Shown one piece after another: positions 19,331 through 27,404 of a stretch of DNA of 64,000 nt (its first letter is position 1; every line of letters starts with the position of its first letter). The notes below the pieces were generated by a model. That model was not told the DNA's origin. It saw only the letters and a program-made list of their open reading frames with translations, and did not search any database. Location of the stretch: NCBI GenBank assembly GCA_910588985.1, contig CAJURO010000003.1:10169-74168 (forward strand), given 5' to 3'. The translations under genes were made by a program, and so were the position numbers. The DNA comes from an uncultured Eggerthellaceae bacterium. GTDB taxonomy: Bacteria; Actinomycetota; Coriobacteriia; Coriobacteriales; Eggerthellaceae.

Positions 19331-20101
19331 TCATCCAAGCTCGATGGTGTTCGAGAATCGGTACTCTCCGTTCGTGCCGATCACGATGTAGTTCTCAGCT
19401 CCTCCAAATTCTTGATCGCTTGCATCGATGAGATGTACATGAGCGAATACAGAGTGGAGCGCCTCGGTGAACGCGAGCAGCTCACGTGAATCTCCCCTTG
19501 GTTGCTTCACGACAAGGTTCGTCATGTAGAGACCCTTTGGGCGCAGTATGCGACCTATCTGCTCGATGCTCTCTTTTTCGAGGAATGCCTTTGAAACATT
19601 GCATCCTTCAAAAGAGTCATTGATCACCACGTCGTAGCATTGATCAGGAGCTTCTCTTATGACCTGCACGCCATCGGCGACCCAGATATTCATGCGATCT
19701 TGCTCGTTGCGTGCATCAAGATATGCCTCAAGCTTATCAAGGTAGAAGCGCTCTCTTGCGATCTGCACGATGACGGGGTCGATCTCGACCACATCCATGC
19801 GAGCGCTTGAAGAATGTGTGAGGAAATGCTTAGGGTAAGAGAAGCAGCCTCCTCCGATCATAAGCACCTCATCGATCTCAAGGCCATCATCAGCAGCTTC
19901 GTACATGCAATCGAATGCAAGGATGTAGGCAAAGGGAGGAGAGCTCCAATTATCATCAAGGTAGGTGGCGCTTTGATAGGTGCCGTCAAGGCTCAAGACA
20001 CGCACGTAATTACCGAGTGAATCGCAGGTGATGAAACACCGTGCTTCGCCAAACGATGTTTGGAATGTTCGTCTCTCGATGAGGCGCCGAAGCGGGTTCA
20101 T
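19331..20101 (-). CDS. Spermidine-synthase-fold (PABS-like) SAM/dcSAM-dependent transferase
   Basis: VLMIGGGCFSYPKHFL, MDVVEIDPVIVQIARERFYL and YDVVINDSF blocks parallel the SpeE family. Start trimmed to the ATG overlapping the upstream gene's stop (ATGA), preceded by AAGGTG. Confidence 0.7.
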   Translation of the reverse strand: MNPLRRLIERRTFQTSFGEARCFITCDSLGNYVRVLSLDGTYQSATYLDDNWSSPPFAYILAFDCMYEAADDGLEIDEVLMIGGGCFSYPKHFLTHSSSARMDVVEIDPVIVQIARERFYLDKLEAYLDARNEQDRMNIWVADGVQVIREAPDQCYDVVINDSFEGCNVSKAFLEKESIEQIGRILRPKGLYMTNLVVKQPRGDSRELLAFTEALHSVFAHVHLIDASDQEFGGAENYIVIGTNGEYRFSNTIELG

Positions 20102-20877
20102 GGGCGCACCTTGAAGATGAGATAGCGGTTGAGCTTTCCGCTCTTTCCATCGTCTTGATAATCGGCAACAAGATCGCATCCTTGTGCGCAGGCAACTCCG
20201 ATGAGGTCATCAATCTCGAGATCAGCGAAGGAATGGCAGAATCTGAACGCGTTGGTTTCGTCTTGCCAGTCAAGGAGGTAGTCACCCTGGTCAGTATCGA
20301 TGCCGAATCCTAAGAGATCGCTTCCTCGCTGTGTTGCGCGCTCTGCCTTTTTGCGCATTCGCGGGTCAGATGCGAATTGCCAAAACGATACGCTCATGAA
20401 GCCGTCGGGCGCTGTCTTTTCGATCATCTTAAGAAGCAGATGTTCGCGATCAAGAGCGCAGGGTAGGTGATGCATAAGGCCAAAGCAAGCGACAAGCGCA
20501 CAGGCGGGGATCTTCGCGAACGCTTCAGGTGCGTTGCCATCCCTTGTCGCCTCGTGGATATCCATCTCGAGGAAATCGACGAGAACCCCTTCCAGGCTGC
20601 TTGTCTCTGCAAGAGCACGACAGCTATCGATCGCGTAGGCTTTAAGCGGCTTGTCAGTCATATGAGCGAGCTTGCTCGCAAGGAACTTCTCAAAGCGCAT
20701 ATTGCCGCAACCTATGTCGAGAAGGGAGGGGGCATGGCAGAGCGCATCAGAGCATGCTTGCCAGACGCGATCCCATCCATGCCATGCGAACGTGCGCGTT
20801 TGCGAGAAAGCGTCTGTGACACGTGCGTAGAAATTTGCATTGAGGGCGTTGAGCTGCTCTGCGCGATCGCGATCCAT
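20098..20877 (-). CDS. Trm9/ALKBH8-like class I SAM methyltransferase
   Basis: FYARVTDAFSQTRTFAW, LLDIGCGNMRF, ACFGLMHH, GDYLLDW, FRFCHSFADLEIDDL and NRYLIFK follow the Trm9 block order. Start trimmed to the Met preceded by AGGAAGG; the longer ORF-track version runs into the divergent gene. Confidence 0.7.
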   Translation of the reverse strand: MDRDRAEQLNALNANFYARVTDAFSQTRTFAWHGWDRVWQACSDALCHAPSLLDIGCGNMRFEKFLASKLAHMTDKPLKAYAIDSCRALAETSSLEGVLVDFLEMDIHEATRDGNAPEAFAKIPACALVACFGLMHHLPCALDREHLLLKMIEKTAPDGFMSVSFWQFASDPRMRKKAERATQRGSDLLGFGIDTDQGDYLLDWQDETNAFRFCHSFADLEIDDLIGVACAQGCDLVADYQDDGKSGKLNRYLIFKVRP

Positions 20878-20913
20878 TGCACCTTCCTGTTCCAGACACG
20901 AGCATGATGTAAG

Positions 20914-20919
20914 TATAAT
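20914..20919 (+). promoter_or_regulatory. Candidate -10 hexamer for Elp3 (near-leaderless)
   Basis: TATAAT ends 10 nt before the ATG at 20930 with no Shine-Dalgarno. The complementary strand reads TATACT at 20912..20917, a possible overlapping -10 for the divergent operon. Confidence 0.35.
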
Positions 20920-20929
20920 CGTTAGCATT

Positions 20930-22762
20930 ATGGAGACAGTCATCACCCGCATAGTCCAGAAGGCCCGCGAGAATGGGACCTTGTCTGCGAAGACGATCGA
21001 CCGTCTTCTTCGTGAGAGGTGCGCCGAGCTACATGATGCATCTCGTTCGATCTCCAAACGGACATGCATGGCATATTACGTACGCATCCGCGATGAGCAA
21101 ACTGCGTTTTGGAAATCCCTTGCCATAGATGATGCTACCGATCATGCGATCATGCATTCACTCAGGTCTAAGCCACGGCGTACCGCATCTGGAGTAGCTA
21201 CCATCACGGTATTGACAGCGCCGTTCCCTTGTTCGGCTGATTGCTCGTATTGTCCCAGCGACATTCGCATGCCGAAGAGCTATCTTTCCGATGAGCCTGC
21301 TTGCCAACGAGCTGAACGCAACTTCTTCGATCCTTACTTGCAAATGCATGCGCGTTTGAATGCGCTCCACAGCCTTGGGCACGTCGTCGATAAGGTGGAG
21401 ACGATCGTTTTGGGTGGAACGTTCAGCGAATACCCAGAGTCGTACCGCATATGGTTCGTGACCCAGCTCTTTCGCGCCCTGAATGAATTTGGAGCTGACG
21501 AAGGCGCGCGCGAGGTGGAACGCCGACGTTTGCGGTACAGAGATGCGGGGCTAAGCGGTGATCCCGATGAAAACGCTGAGCGCACACGCTTGCTTCAAGA
21601 AGAGCTCGATGCGCATGTGCTCTCCTACAACAAAGCCTTTGCGTGCGCATATCCCGAAGGTCTTGCCTTTGCGATGGCTGACGAGATAGCAGGCACCTCG
21701 TTTGACAGGCTTCGTGCTGCGCAGGATGCTAATGCTGAAGCTGCTCAGCGCATGGTGGGTCTTGTGGTAGAGACTCGACCTGACAGGATCGATGCTTCGC
21801 ACCTCGCTTCTCTGCGCGCGCTTGGATGCACGAAGATCCAAGTCGGAATCCAGAGCCTTGATGATGGCATCTTGGCACAGAACGTTCGTGGTGCACGGGT
21901 TGAGGATACGGTACGCGCTCTTGAGCTTCTCCGTCTTTTCGGATTCAAGTCTCACGTGCACTTCATGATCAACCTGAAAGGCTCTTGCCCTGCGAAGGAC
22001 CTTGAAGGGTATGGCGAGCTTGTTGGGAAGGCACCATTCAAGCCCGATGAGGTAAAGCTTTATCCTTGTGCGCTTGTGAAGAGCGCTCGTCTCATGGAGG
22101 AGCATTCAGCAGGTGCATGGCGCCCTTACTCAAGAGAAGAGCTTATCGATCTTCTCAGCGCATGCGTGCTTATGACGCCGCCTTACACAAGGATATCCCG
22201 AATGATCCGCGACATCTCTTCTTCTGACATCGTCGCAGGCAACAAGTCGACCAACTTGAGGCAAATGGTCGAGGCAAGGATTCGGGAAGAAGGGGAGAAG
22301 CCCTCCGAGATTCGCATGCGTGAGATCGCCAAGCGACAGATGTCCGTAGAGAAGCTTTCGCTTTCGGAGATTGCGTATAGGACGTCGAACACCGAAGAGG
22401 TGTTCCTCCAATGGACAGATGACGAGGGAACCCTGGCAGCCTTCTTGCGATTGTCATTTCCCGATCAAGAGGCGATCGAGCAAGCGCGCACGACGATGGA
22501 TGGGTTCCCTGCTGAGCTAGGATGCGCGATGATCCGCGAGGTGCATGTGTACGGTCGTGTCTCGAAGCTCCATGAGTCGATCGAGGGAACGCAGCATATA
22601 GGCCTTGGGCGCATGCTCATCGAGCGCGCGTGCAAGCTCGCTCACGAAAACGGCTTTACGCGCATTGGCGTCATAAGCGCTGTTGGCACACGCCGCTACT
22701 ACGAACGACTTGGCTTCGAGCGTTTCGGGCTGTACCATTTCAAAGATCTTGAGACTGGTTGA
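20930..22762 (+). CDS. elp3: Elp3-family radical SAM / GNAT acetyltransferase
   Basis: VATITVLTAPFPCSADCSYCPS, LGHVVDKVETIVLGGTFSEYPESYRIWF and GLVVETRPDRID...GCTKIQVGIQSLDD blocks. C-terminal GNAT: QHIGLGRMLIERACKLAHENGFTRIGVISAVGTRRYYERLGF. Start trimmed to METVITRIVQKA. Confidence 0.9.
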   Translation: METVITRIVQKARENGTLSAKTIDRLLRERCAELHDASRSISKRTCMAYYVRIRDEQTAFWKSLAIDDATDHAIMHSLRSKPRRTASGVATITVLTAPFPCSADCSYCPSDIRMPKSYLSDEPACQRAERNFFDPYLQMHARLNALHSLGHVVDKVETIVLGGTFSEYPESYRIWFVTQLFRALNEFGADEGAREVERRRLRYRDAGLSGDPDENAERTRLLQEELDAHVLSYNKAFACAYPEGLAFAMADEIAGTSFDRLRAAQDANAEAAQRMVGLVVETRPDRIDASHLASLRALGCTKIQVGIQSLDDGILAQNVRGARVEDTVRALELLRLFGFKSHVHFMINLKGSCPAKDLEGYGELVGKAPFKPDEVKLYPCALVKSARLMEEHSAGAWRPYSREELIDLLSACVLMTPPYTRISRMIRDISSSDIVAGNKSTNLRQMVEARIREEGEKPSEIRMREIAKRQMSVEKLSLSEIAYRTSNTEEVFLQWTDDEGTLAAFLRLSFPDQEAIEQARTTMDGFPAELGCAMIREVHVYGRVSKLHESIEGTQHIGLGRMLIERACKLAHENGFTRIGVISAVGTRRYYERLGFERFGLYHFKDLETG

Positions 22763-22765
22763 TCC

Positions 22766-23368
22766 TCAGAGTGCTTGGCGGATGGCCGCAAGAAGCTCAT
22801 CGTAGGTCTCGAACGCAGGGATGTCAGGATGATCGCGAGCGATCTGCTCTGTCGTGCGAAAGAAGAATCCTGCCTTCGAATCCTCGATCATGGCGATGTC
22901 GTTGAAAGAATCACCTGCGGCGATCGTCTCGATGCCAGCGGTATGAAGGGCTCGCACGGTGGTGAGCTTCGTGTTTTCGCAGCGCATCTTATAGCCTGTT
23001 ATGGCACCCGTGGCCTCATCGACGACAAGCTCGTTGCAGAAGATCGTAGGAAACCCAAGCTTAGCCATCAGTGGTGCAGCGAACTGCTCGAACGTATCGG
23101 AGATGATGACGACTTGGGTGATGCGACGCAATGCATCAAGGAACTCCTTAGCTCCCTCCATCGGGTCGATCTTGGCGATGCACTCCTGTATTTCAGGAAG
23201 CCCAAGCTTCGCCTCGCGCAAAAGGTCGAGCCGATAGTTCATGAGCTTATCGTAATCGGGTTCATCTCGGGTGGTCTTCTTGAGTCCTTCGATTCCTGAT
23301 TCTTCCGCAAACGCGATCCAGATCTCTGGGACAAGCACGCCTTCCAAATCAAGGCAAACGAGATTCAT
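22766..23368 (-). CDS. thrH: ThrH-like HAD phosphatase (phosphoserine phosphatase / homoserine phosphotransferase family)
   Basis: MNLVCLDLEGVLVPEIWIAFAEESGI...DEPDYDKLMNYRL has HAD motif I (DxE/DG) and a ThrH-like layout. Start trimmed to the Met preceded by GGAGAGGAAG. Confidence 0.7.
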   Translation of the reverse strand: MNLVCLDLEGVLVPEIWIAFAEESGIEGLKKTTRDEPDYDKLMNYRLDLLREAKLGLPEIQECIAKIDPMEGAKEFLDALRRITQVVIISDTFEQFAAPLMAKLGFPTIFCNELVVDEATGAITGYKMRCENTKLTTVRALHTAGIETIAAGDSFNDIAMIEDSKAGFFFRTTEQIARDHPDIPAFETYDELLAAIRQAL

Positions 23369-23538
23369 GCTTCTTCCTCTCCATATGGTTTGTTGGTATA
23401 GGGCTATTCTAGTCAAAGGCGCTCGCTTGCTTGCATTGAATGTTGCGATGCTTGAAAATAGAGCGAACAAAGAGCGGGAACGGTAGAAGATGATGACATG
23501 TTCTACCGCGGAGCTGATGGGATGGAGCTGGTAACACG

Positions 23539-24384
23539 ATGCCTTCCGAAATGCATGAGGATCATTCTGAAGAGCGTGCCCAAACTTCCGGAAAGCGTTC
23601 GTTCGGACAGCGGGGGGTGATAACCTCACGACCTTCTCGTGAAACGATCATGCAATCCTATGTTGCAGAGGATCAAGCACGTGCGCGAAGCGCGCGAATG
23701 AGAAATCAAGAATCATACAAGCATTACCAGGCGATCGCGCAACGTAACCGCGAGCGAGAGGATCGCAAGCGCGAGCTTGAGATGCGGTTGCGCGAAGAGG
23801 AGCATCGGGCTGCAGAGGAGCGCAGACGCATTCGCGATGCGCAGCAAGCTTCTGCACGACCGGGCGCTGCTCGACAAGCTGCAAGGACGTCTTCTTCAGG
23901 CATAGATCGTCGTGTTGTGCAGCCTCTCTCCTCACAGGAAAGCCACGAATACTCCGAACGCTCTCGTGCGAGCTTTGAGCGAGAGCGCGAATCACGTGAT
24001 GCGTTTTCTCCTGAAAGAGCGATGCGAAGCCCAAATCGTGAGATCATCGATGGGCGAGGGAGCATAGACTCACGCGCTTTCAATGAACGGCATGACCTCG
24101 TATCGTATTCGATCGACGAAAGCGATAGGCCTGATCCGATGATCGACACCACGAACCCAAAAGCGAAATGGCATTCGCACTCGGGCAACGAGCCTTCTCA
24201 ACGTACAAGCGTTTTTGTCAAAAGGGGGCTCGGGAGCTCGGTTCCTTCGTTCTCAAGCTCGCTTGCTCATTCTCGTTCCACGCGAAGAGCATCGTTCCTT
24301 GCCAGCTTGCCCGCTTTCGTCAAAGTGGTTGTTCCTCTCATTGTTGTCCTCTTGATCATCCTTATCATCATCGTGTTCTTCTGA
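23539..24384 (+). CDS. Hypothetical Arg/Glu/Ser-rich protein with a C-terminal transmembrane anchor
   Basis: Charged low-complexity region (REREDRKRELEMRLREEEHRAAEERRRIR) and a terminal hydrophobic helix (VVVPLIVVLLIILIIIVFF). No recognisable domain. The start is uncertain; an in-frame Met at 23650 is possible. Confidence 0.5.
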   Translation: MPSEMHEDHSEERAQTSGKRSFGQRGVITSRPSRETIMQSYVAEDQARARSARMRNQESYKHYQAIAQRNREREDRKRELEMRLREEEHRAAEERRRIRDAQQASARPGAARQAARTSSSGIDRRVVQPLSSQESHEYSERSRASFERERESRDAFSPERAMRSPNREIIDGRGSIDSRAFNERHDLVSYSIDESDRPDPMIDTTNPKAKWHSHSGNEPSQRTSVFVKRGLGSSVPSFSSSLAHSRSTRRASFLASLPAFVKVVVPLIVVLLIILIIIVFF

Positions 24385-24400
24385 TAGACAGAGCATCAGT

Positions 24401-24459
24401 AAAATCGGAATAGCGAAGTGAGGGCTGCGTAGCTTCTGAACGTAGCTTTTCCGATTTTT
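24401..24459. terminator. Putative bidirectional terminator between convergent genes
   Basis: Inner stem GCTGCGT/ACGTAGC is flanked by a perfect 10-nt inverted repeat AAAATCGGAA/TTCCGATTTT, with T-runs on both strands. Confidence 0.55.
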
Positions 24460-24504
24460 GCACATCAGATGTATAACCTAAATACGGAATATGCTTTCGA
24501 GTTG

Positions 24505-25281
24505 TTAGCGATGAGTAGGCATTGCGCTTAGGAGCGTTTGATAATTCGCTTTCAGGGTTTGCCTTACCATTTCGAGCTCTTCTGAACGCACCTCTGCAAT
24601 GGCTTGCGTTGTGTTCTCGATTTCTTGGATCCATGTATCGACAGACCAAGGGCTTCCCTCATGTGGAGGGCTATCTGTCTCGGCTAGAAGGTGGTCGGAA
24701 GGCAGAGCGCTCGTGATGAACGCACCGTCTCCTTGCGCTATCATCCGCATGGAAACGGAGAAGAGCGCACCTTTGGAGAGTGCGCGACCGAACTGCTCGC
24801 GTGTTCCAGAGAACCAGTGGAAAACGCATATGTTCGATTCGAACATGCCATATTCATCGAGGATATCGATGACCTCTTCGCATGATTTGACTGCATGGAT
24901 GAAGAGGGGGCGTCCTGGTGCATGCTCACGCGTGCTCTTCATGAGATGCTGGAAGATCTCGACCTGACGAGCGTGCGAGCCCTTTCGTCTGCGAGAGAAA
25001 TCAAGGCCAACCTCTCCGATGAAAGGGGCGGAGCGAACAAGGTCATCAAAATGCGCCACGTCAACCTCTGAGACCCGCGCTTCATCGATCCACCAAGGAT
25101 GAATGCCAAGGCCAACGGTGATGCAAGGGGCATCTGCAAAGCGTTCTTCTGCGCTCACAAAGCTTGAAGGTATGACCGTGGAGCAAAGCGCATGCACGTT
25201 TCGATCCTTCGCCTTCATTGCGATCTCTTGTGCGTTATTGGCGAAATCGATATGGCAATGTGCGTCGTAGTGTTCGCTCAT
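24505..25281 (-). CDS. tatD: TatD-family metal-dependent hydrolase
   Basis: MSEHYDAHCHIDF start, EVGLDFSRR block and later His/Asp ligand blocks. Start chosen for AAGGA spacing; Met at 25287 is an alternative. Confidence 0.8.
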   Translation of the reverse strand: MSEHYDAHCHIDFANNAQEIAMKAKDRNVHALCSTVIPSSFVSAEERFADAPCITVGLGIHPWWIDEARVSEVDVAHFDDLVRSAPFIGEVGLDFSRRRKGSHARQVEIFQHLMKSTREHAPGRPLFIHAVKSCEEVIDILDEYGMFESNICVFHWFSGTREQFGRALSKGALFSVSMRMIAQGDGAFITSALPSDHLLAETDSPPHEGSPWSVDTWIQEIENTTQAIAEVRSEELEMVRQTLKANYQTLLSAMPTHR

Positions 25282-25525
25282 GAGCATGTTCCTTCGTTCG
25301 TCATTGGCTCTTGCCCTGTACGGCCTCATCTTGAGCGTACATTAAAACAAGGGGTAAGAATGATGCGCGCAGATTCTGTGGATGAGGCGTCAGCAAAGCC
25401 AAGAACATCAGTGCTTACGTCACAACTTGTAAACGGAGGGCTTTCCTCTCATTACCGCTTGTTCGATGTTCGCAGGTTCTTAGGTTCTTTTTGGCTAGAT
25501 TGTAATCATCGAAAAGGAGGGAACG

Positions 25526-26068
25526 ATGCAATCATTCATCAAAGCTGTCCAGTCGAACATCATCATCCAGGCGATCCTCTTCATCATCCTTGGTGGGATG
25601 CTCATCCTGATGCCAAGCGTGTCATTGCTCACGATCGTATACCTGATAGGTGCGCTCTTTGCTGTTTGCGGCATTGTTTCGCTTATCGGCTACTTTCGAC
25701 CAGGGTCTGAGAATTACCATCTTGCGAGCGTCTTGAGCACAAGCATCTTCATGCTCGCGCTTGCTCTGATCGTATTCTTGTTCCCTGTTCCCATTGCGAG
25801 CGTCTTTTCTCTTTGCCTTGGCATCATCCTTGTGCTGAGCGGTATTGTCAGCGCTGTACGTGCATTCGAATTGCGAAATACAGGCGGAAGCGCCTGGATA
25901 GTCTCGATGATAGCGAGCATCCTCATTGCTGTCGGCGGGTTCCTTGTCATTTGGAATCCCTTTGACACCACCGTTCTTTTGGTGGTCGTTCTTGGCGCTA
26001 TCATGGTTGCCAATGGGGTCGTGAATCTTGTCATCGAATATCTTTTCCGTCAGATGATCAAGGCGTGA
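25526..26068 (+). CDS. hdeD: HdeD/DUF308-family membrane protein
   Basis: 180 aa with repeated two-helix DUF308-like units (ILFIILGGMLILMP, GIILVLSGIVS, VVLGAIMVANGV). Confidence 0.7.
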   Translation: MQSFIKAVQSNIIIQAILFIILGGMLILMPSVSLLTIVYLIGALFAVCGIVSLIGYFRPGSENYHLASVLSTSIFMLALALIVFLFPVPIASVFSLCLGIILVLSGIVSAVRAFELRNTGGSAWIVSMIASILIAVGGFLVIWNPFDTTVLLVVVLGAIMVANGVVNLVIEYLFRQMIKA

Positions 26069-26135
26069 TCATTGCCCCGACGACCAAAGCATCCGCTTGC
26101 CAAGAAAATGGGCGCGCGGATGAAATCCTCTCTTT

Positions 26136-26164
26136 AAGGCATCTGCTCCCTGTAGGTGCCTTTT
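26136..26164 (+). terminator. Putative intrinsic terminator after hdeD
   Basis: Stem AAGGCATCT/AGGTGCCTT (9 bp, one G-U), 9-nt loop, then TTGC. Confidence 0.45.
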
Positions 26165-26207
26165 GCTAGAATAACGCAACTCAAAAATATGATCTGAAAG
26201 GATTGGC

Positions 26208-26489
26208 ATGCCTGAGATGAACGATGCATTCGAAGAGATCGAGAAGCATCGAGCGCAGATCGATGAGATCGATCGTGAGCTTGTTGCGCTCTTGAACAAA
26301 CGCGCTGGACATTCCCTTGTTATTCGTGGCTTGAAGCCAGAGGCAAAGATGGGTCTGTTCGACGCGAAGAGGGAAGAGGAGATCCTTGTCAAAGTTACGG
26401 GATACAACGAAGGGCCTCTCTATAACGAGAATCTTCGTGAGATCTATTCGACCATCCTTAAAGTCATGAAGGAGACCCCGTCCTTATGA
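26208..26489 (+). CDS. AroQ-type chorismate mutase
   Basis: 93 aa. HRAQIDEIDRELVALLNKRA is typical of AroQ. Its stop overlaps the DAHP synthase start (ATGA). Confidence 0.85.
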   Translation: MPEMNDAFEEIEKHRAQIDEIDRELVALLNKRAGHSLVIRGLKPEAKMGLFDAKREEEILVKVTGYNEGPLYNENLREIYSTILKVMKETPSL

Positions 26490-27286
26490 GCCAGCTTCCC
26501 ATTCCCTCCATACCAGATCTCGGCACAAAAGGTGACACCATCACGATCTTTGCAGGGCCTTGCTCTGTTGAGTCGTCAGAGCAGTTCGACGAAGTAGCTT
26601 CTTGCATCTCCGATCTTGGGCTCACATGGATTCGCGGCGGGGCTTTCAAGCCTCGTACCAACCCGCATTCATTTCAAGGTCTTGGCGAAGAAGCGCTGCG
26701 CATCATGAAGGATGCGGGAGCGAAGTATGGCTTGAAGACGCTGACCGAGGTCATGGATTCTGCCCATTGCGAGCTTGTCCATTCGTATGTTGACGGATTG
26801 CAGGTTGGTGCGCGCAATTTCCAGAATTTCTCGCTCTTGAAAAAGATCGGCGAAGTGACAGCTGATTCTCATAAGCCCGTTCTCTACAAGCGTGGTTTTG
26901 CGGGCACGGTCGCTGAATGGCTTGCTGCCTGTGATTACATTACCGACCAAGGCAATGACAACGTCATCTTATGCGAGCGTGGTATTCGCACCTTCGAGAC
27001 AGCAACTCGCTTTACGCTTGACATCGCGACGGTTCCTGTTGTGCATAAGCAGTCGCTCTTCCCGATCTGCATCGATGTTTCACATCCTGCCGGTCAGCGC
27101 GATCTCGTACCAGCTCTTGCCTATGCTGCTGTTGCGAGTGGCGCAGACTCCATCATGATCGAGGTTCACCCGAATCCTCCTGCTGCGCTCTCAGACGGGC
27201 CACAACAATTGACCCCAGCTCAGTTCGAGATCCTTGTCAGCAACCTTCGCGAGATTGCTGCGGTGTTTGGCAAGAAGATCGTTTAA
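26486..27286 (+). CDS. aroF: 3-deoxy-7-phosphoheptulonate (DAHP) synthase, type I-beta
   Basis: FAGPCSVES, RGGAFKPRTNPHSFQG, ERGIRTFE and DVSHP blocks. Confidence 0.9.
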   Translation: MSQLPIPSIPDLGTKGDTITIFAGPCSVESSEQFDEVASCISDLGLTWIRGGAFKPRTNPHSFQGLGEEALRIMKDAGAKYGLKTLTEVMDSAHCELVHSYVDGLQVGARNFQNFSLLKKIGEVTADSHKPVLYKRGFAGTVAEWLAACDYITDQGNDNVILCERGIRTFETATRFTLDIATVPVVHKQSLFPICIDVSHPAGQRDLVPALAYAAVASGADSIMIEVHPNPPAALSDGPQQLTPAQFEILVSNLREIAAVFGKKIV

Positions 27287-27321
27287 GCACTTCAAGCTGC
27301 GTCTTCTATCGCTCTTCTTAG

Positions 27322-27356
27322 AGCGTGGCATATCACCTCGATATGAATGCCACGCT
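27322..27356. terminator. Putative bidirectional terminator
   Basis: Perfect 10-bp stem AGCGTGGCAT/ATGCCACGCT between convergent genes, followed by TTTAATCTCTT. Confidence 0.55.
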
Positions 27357-27404
27357 TTAATCTCTTGCGATCAGCTCTTTAGACATGCTCTTATCGCGAA
27401 GACC

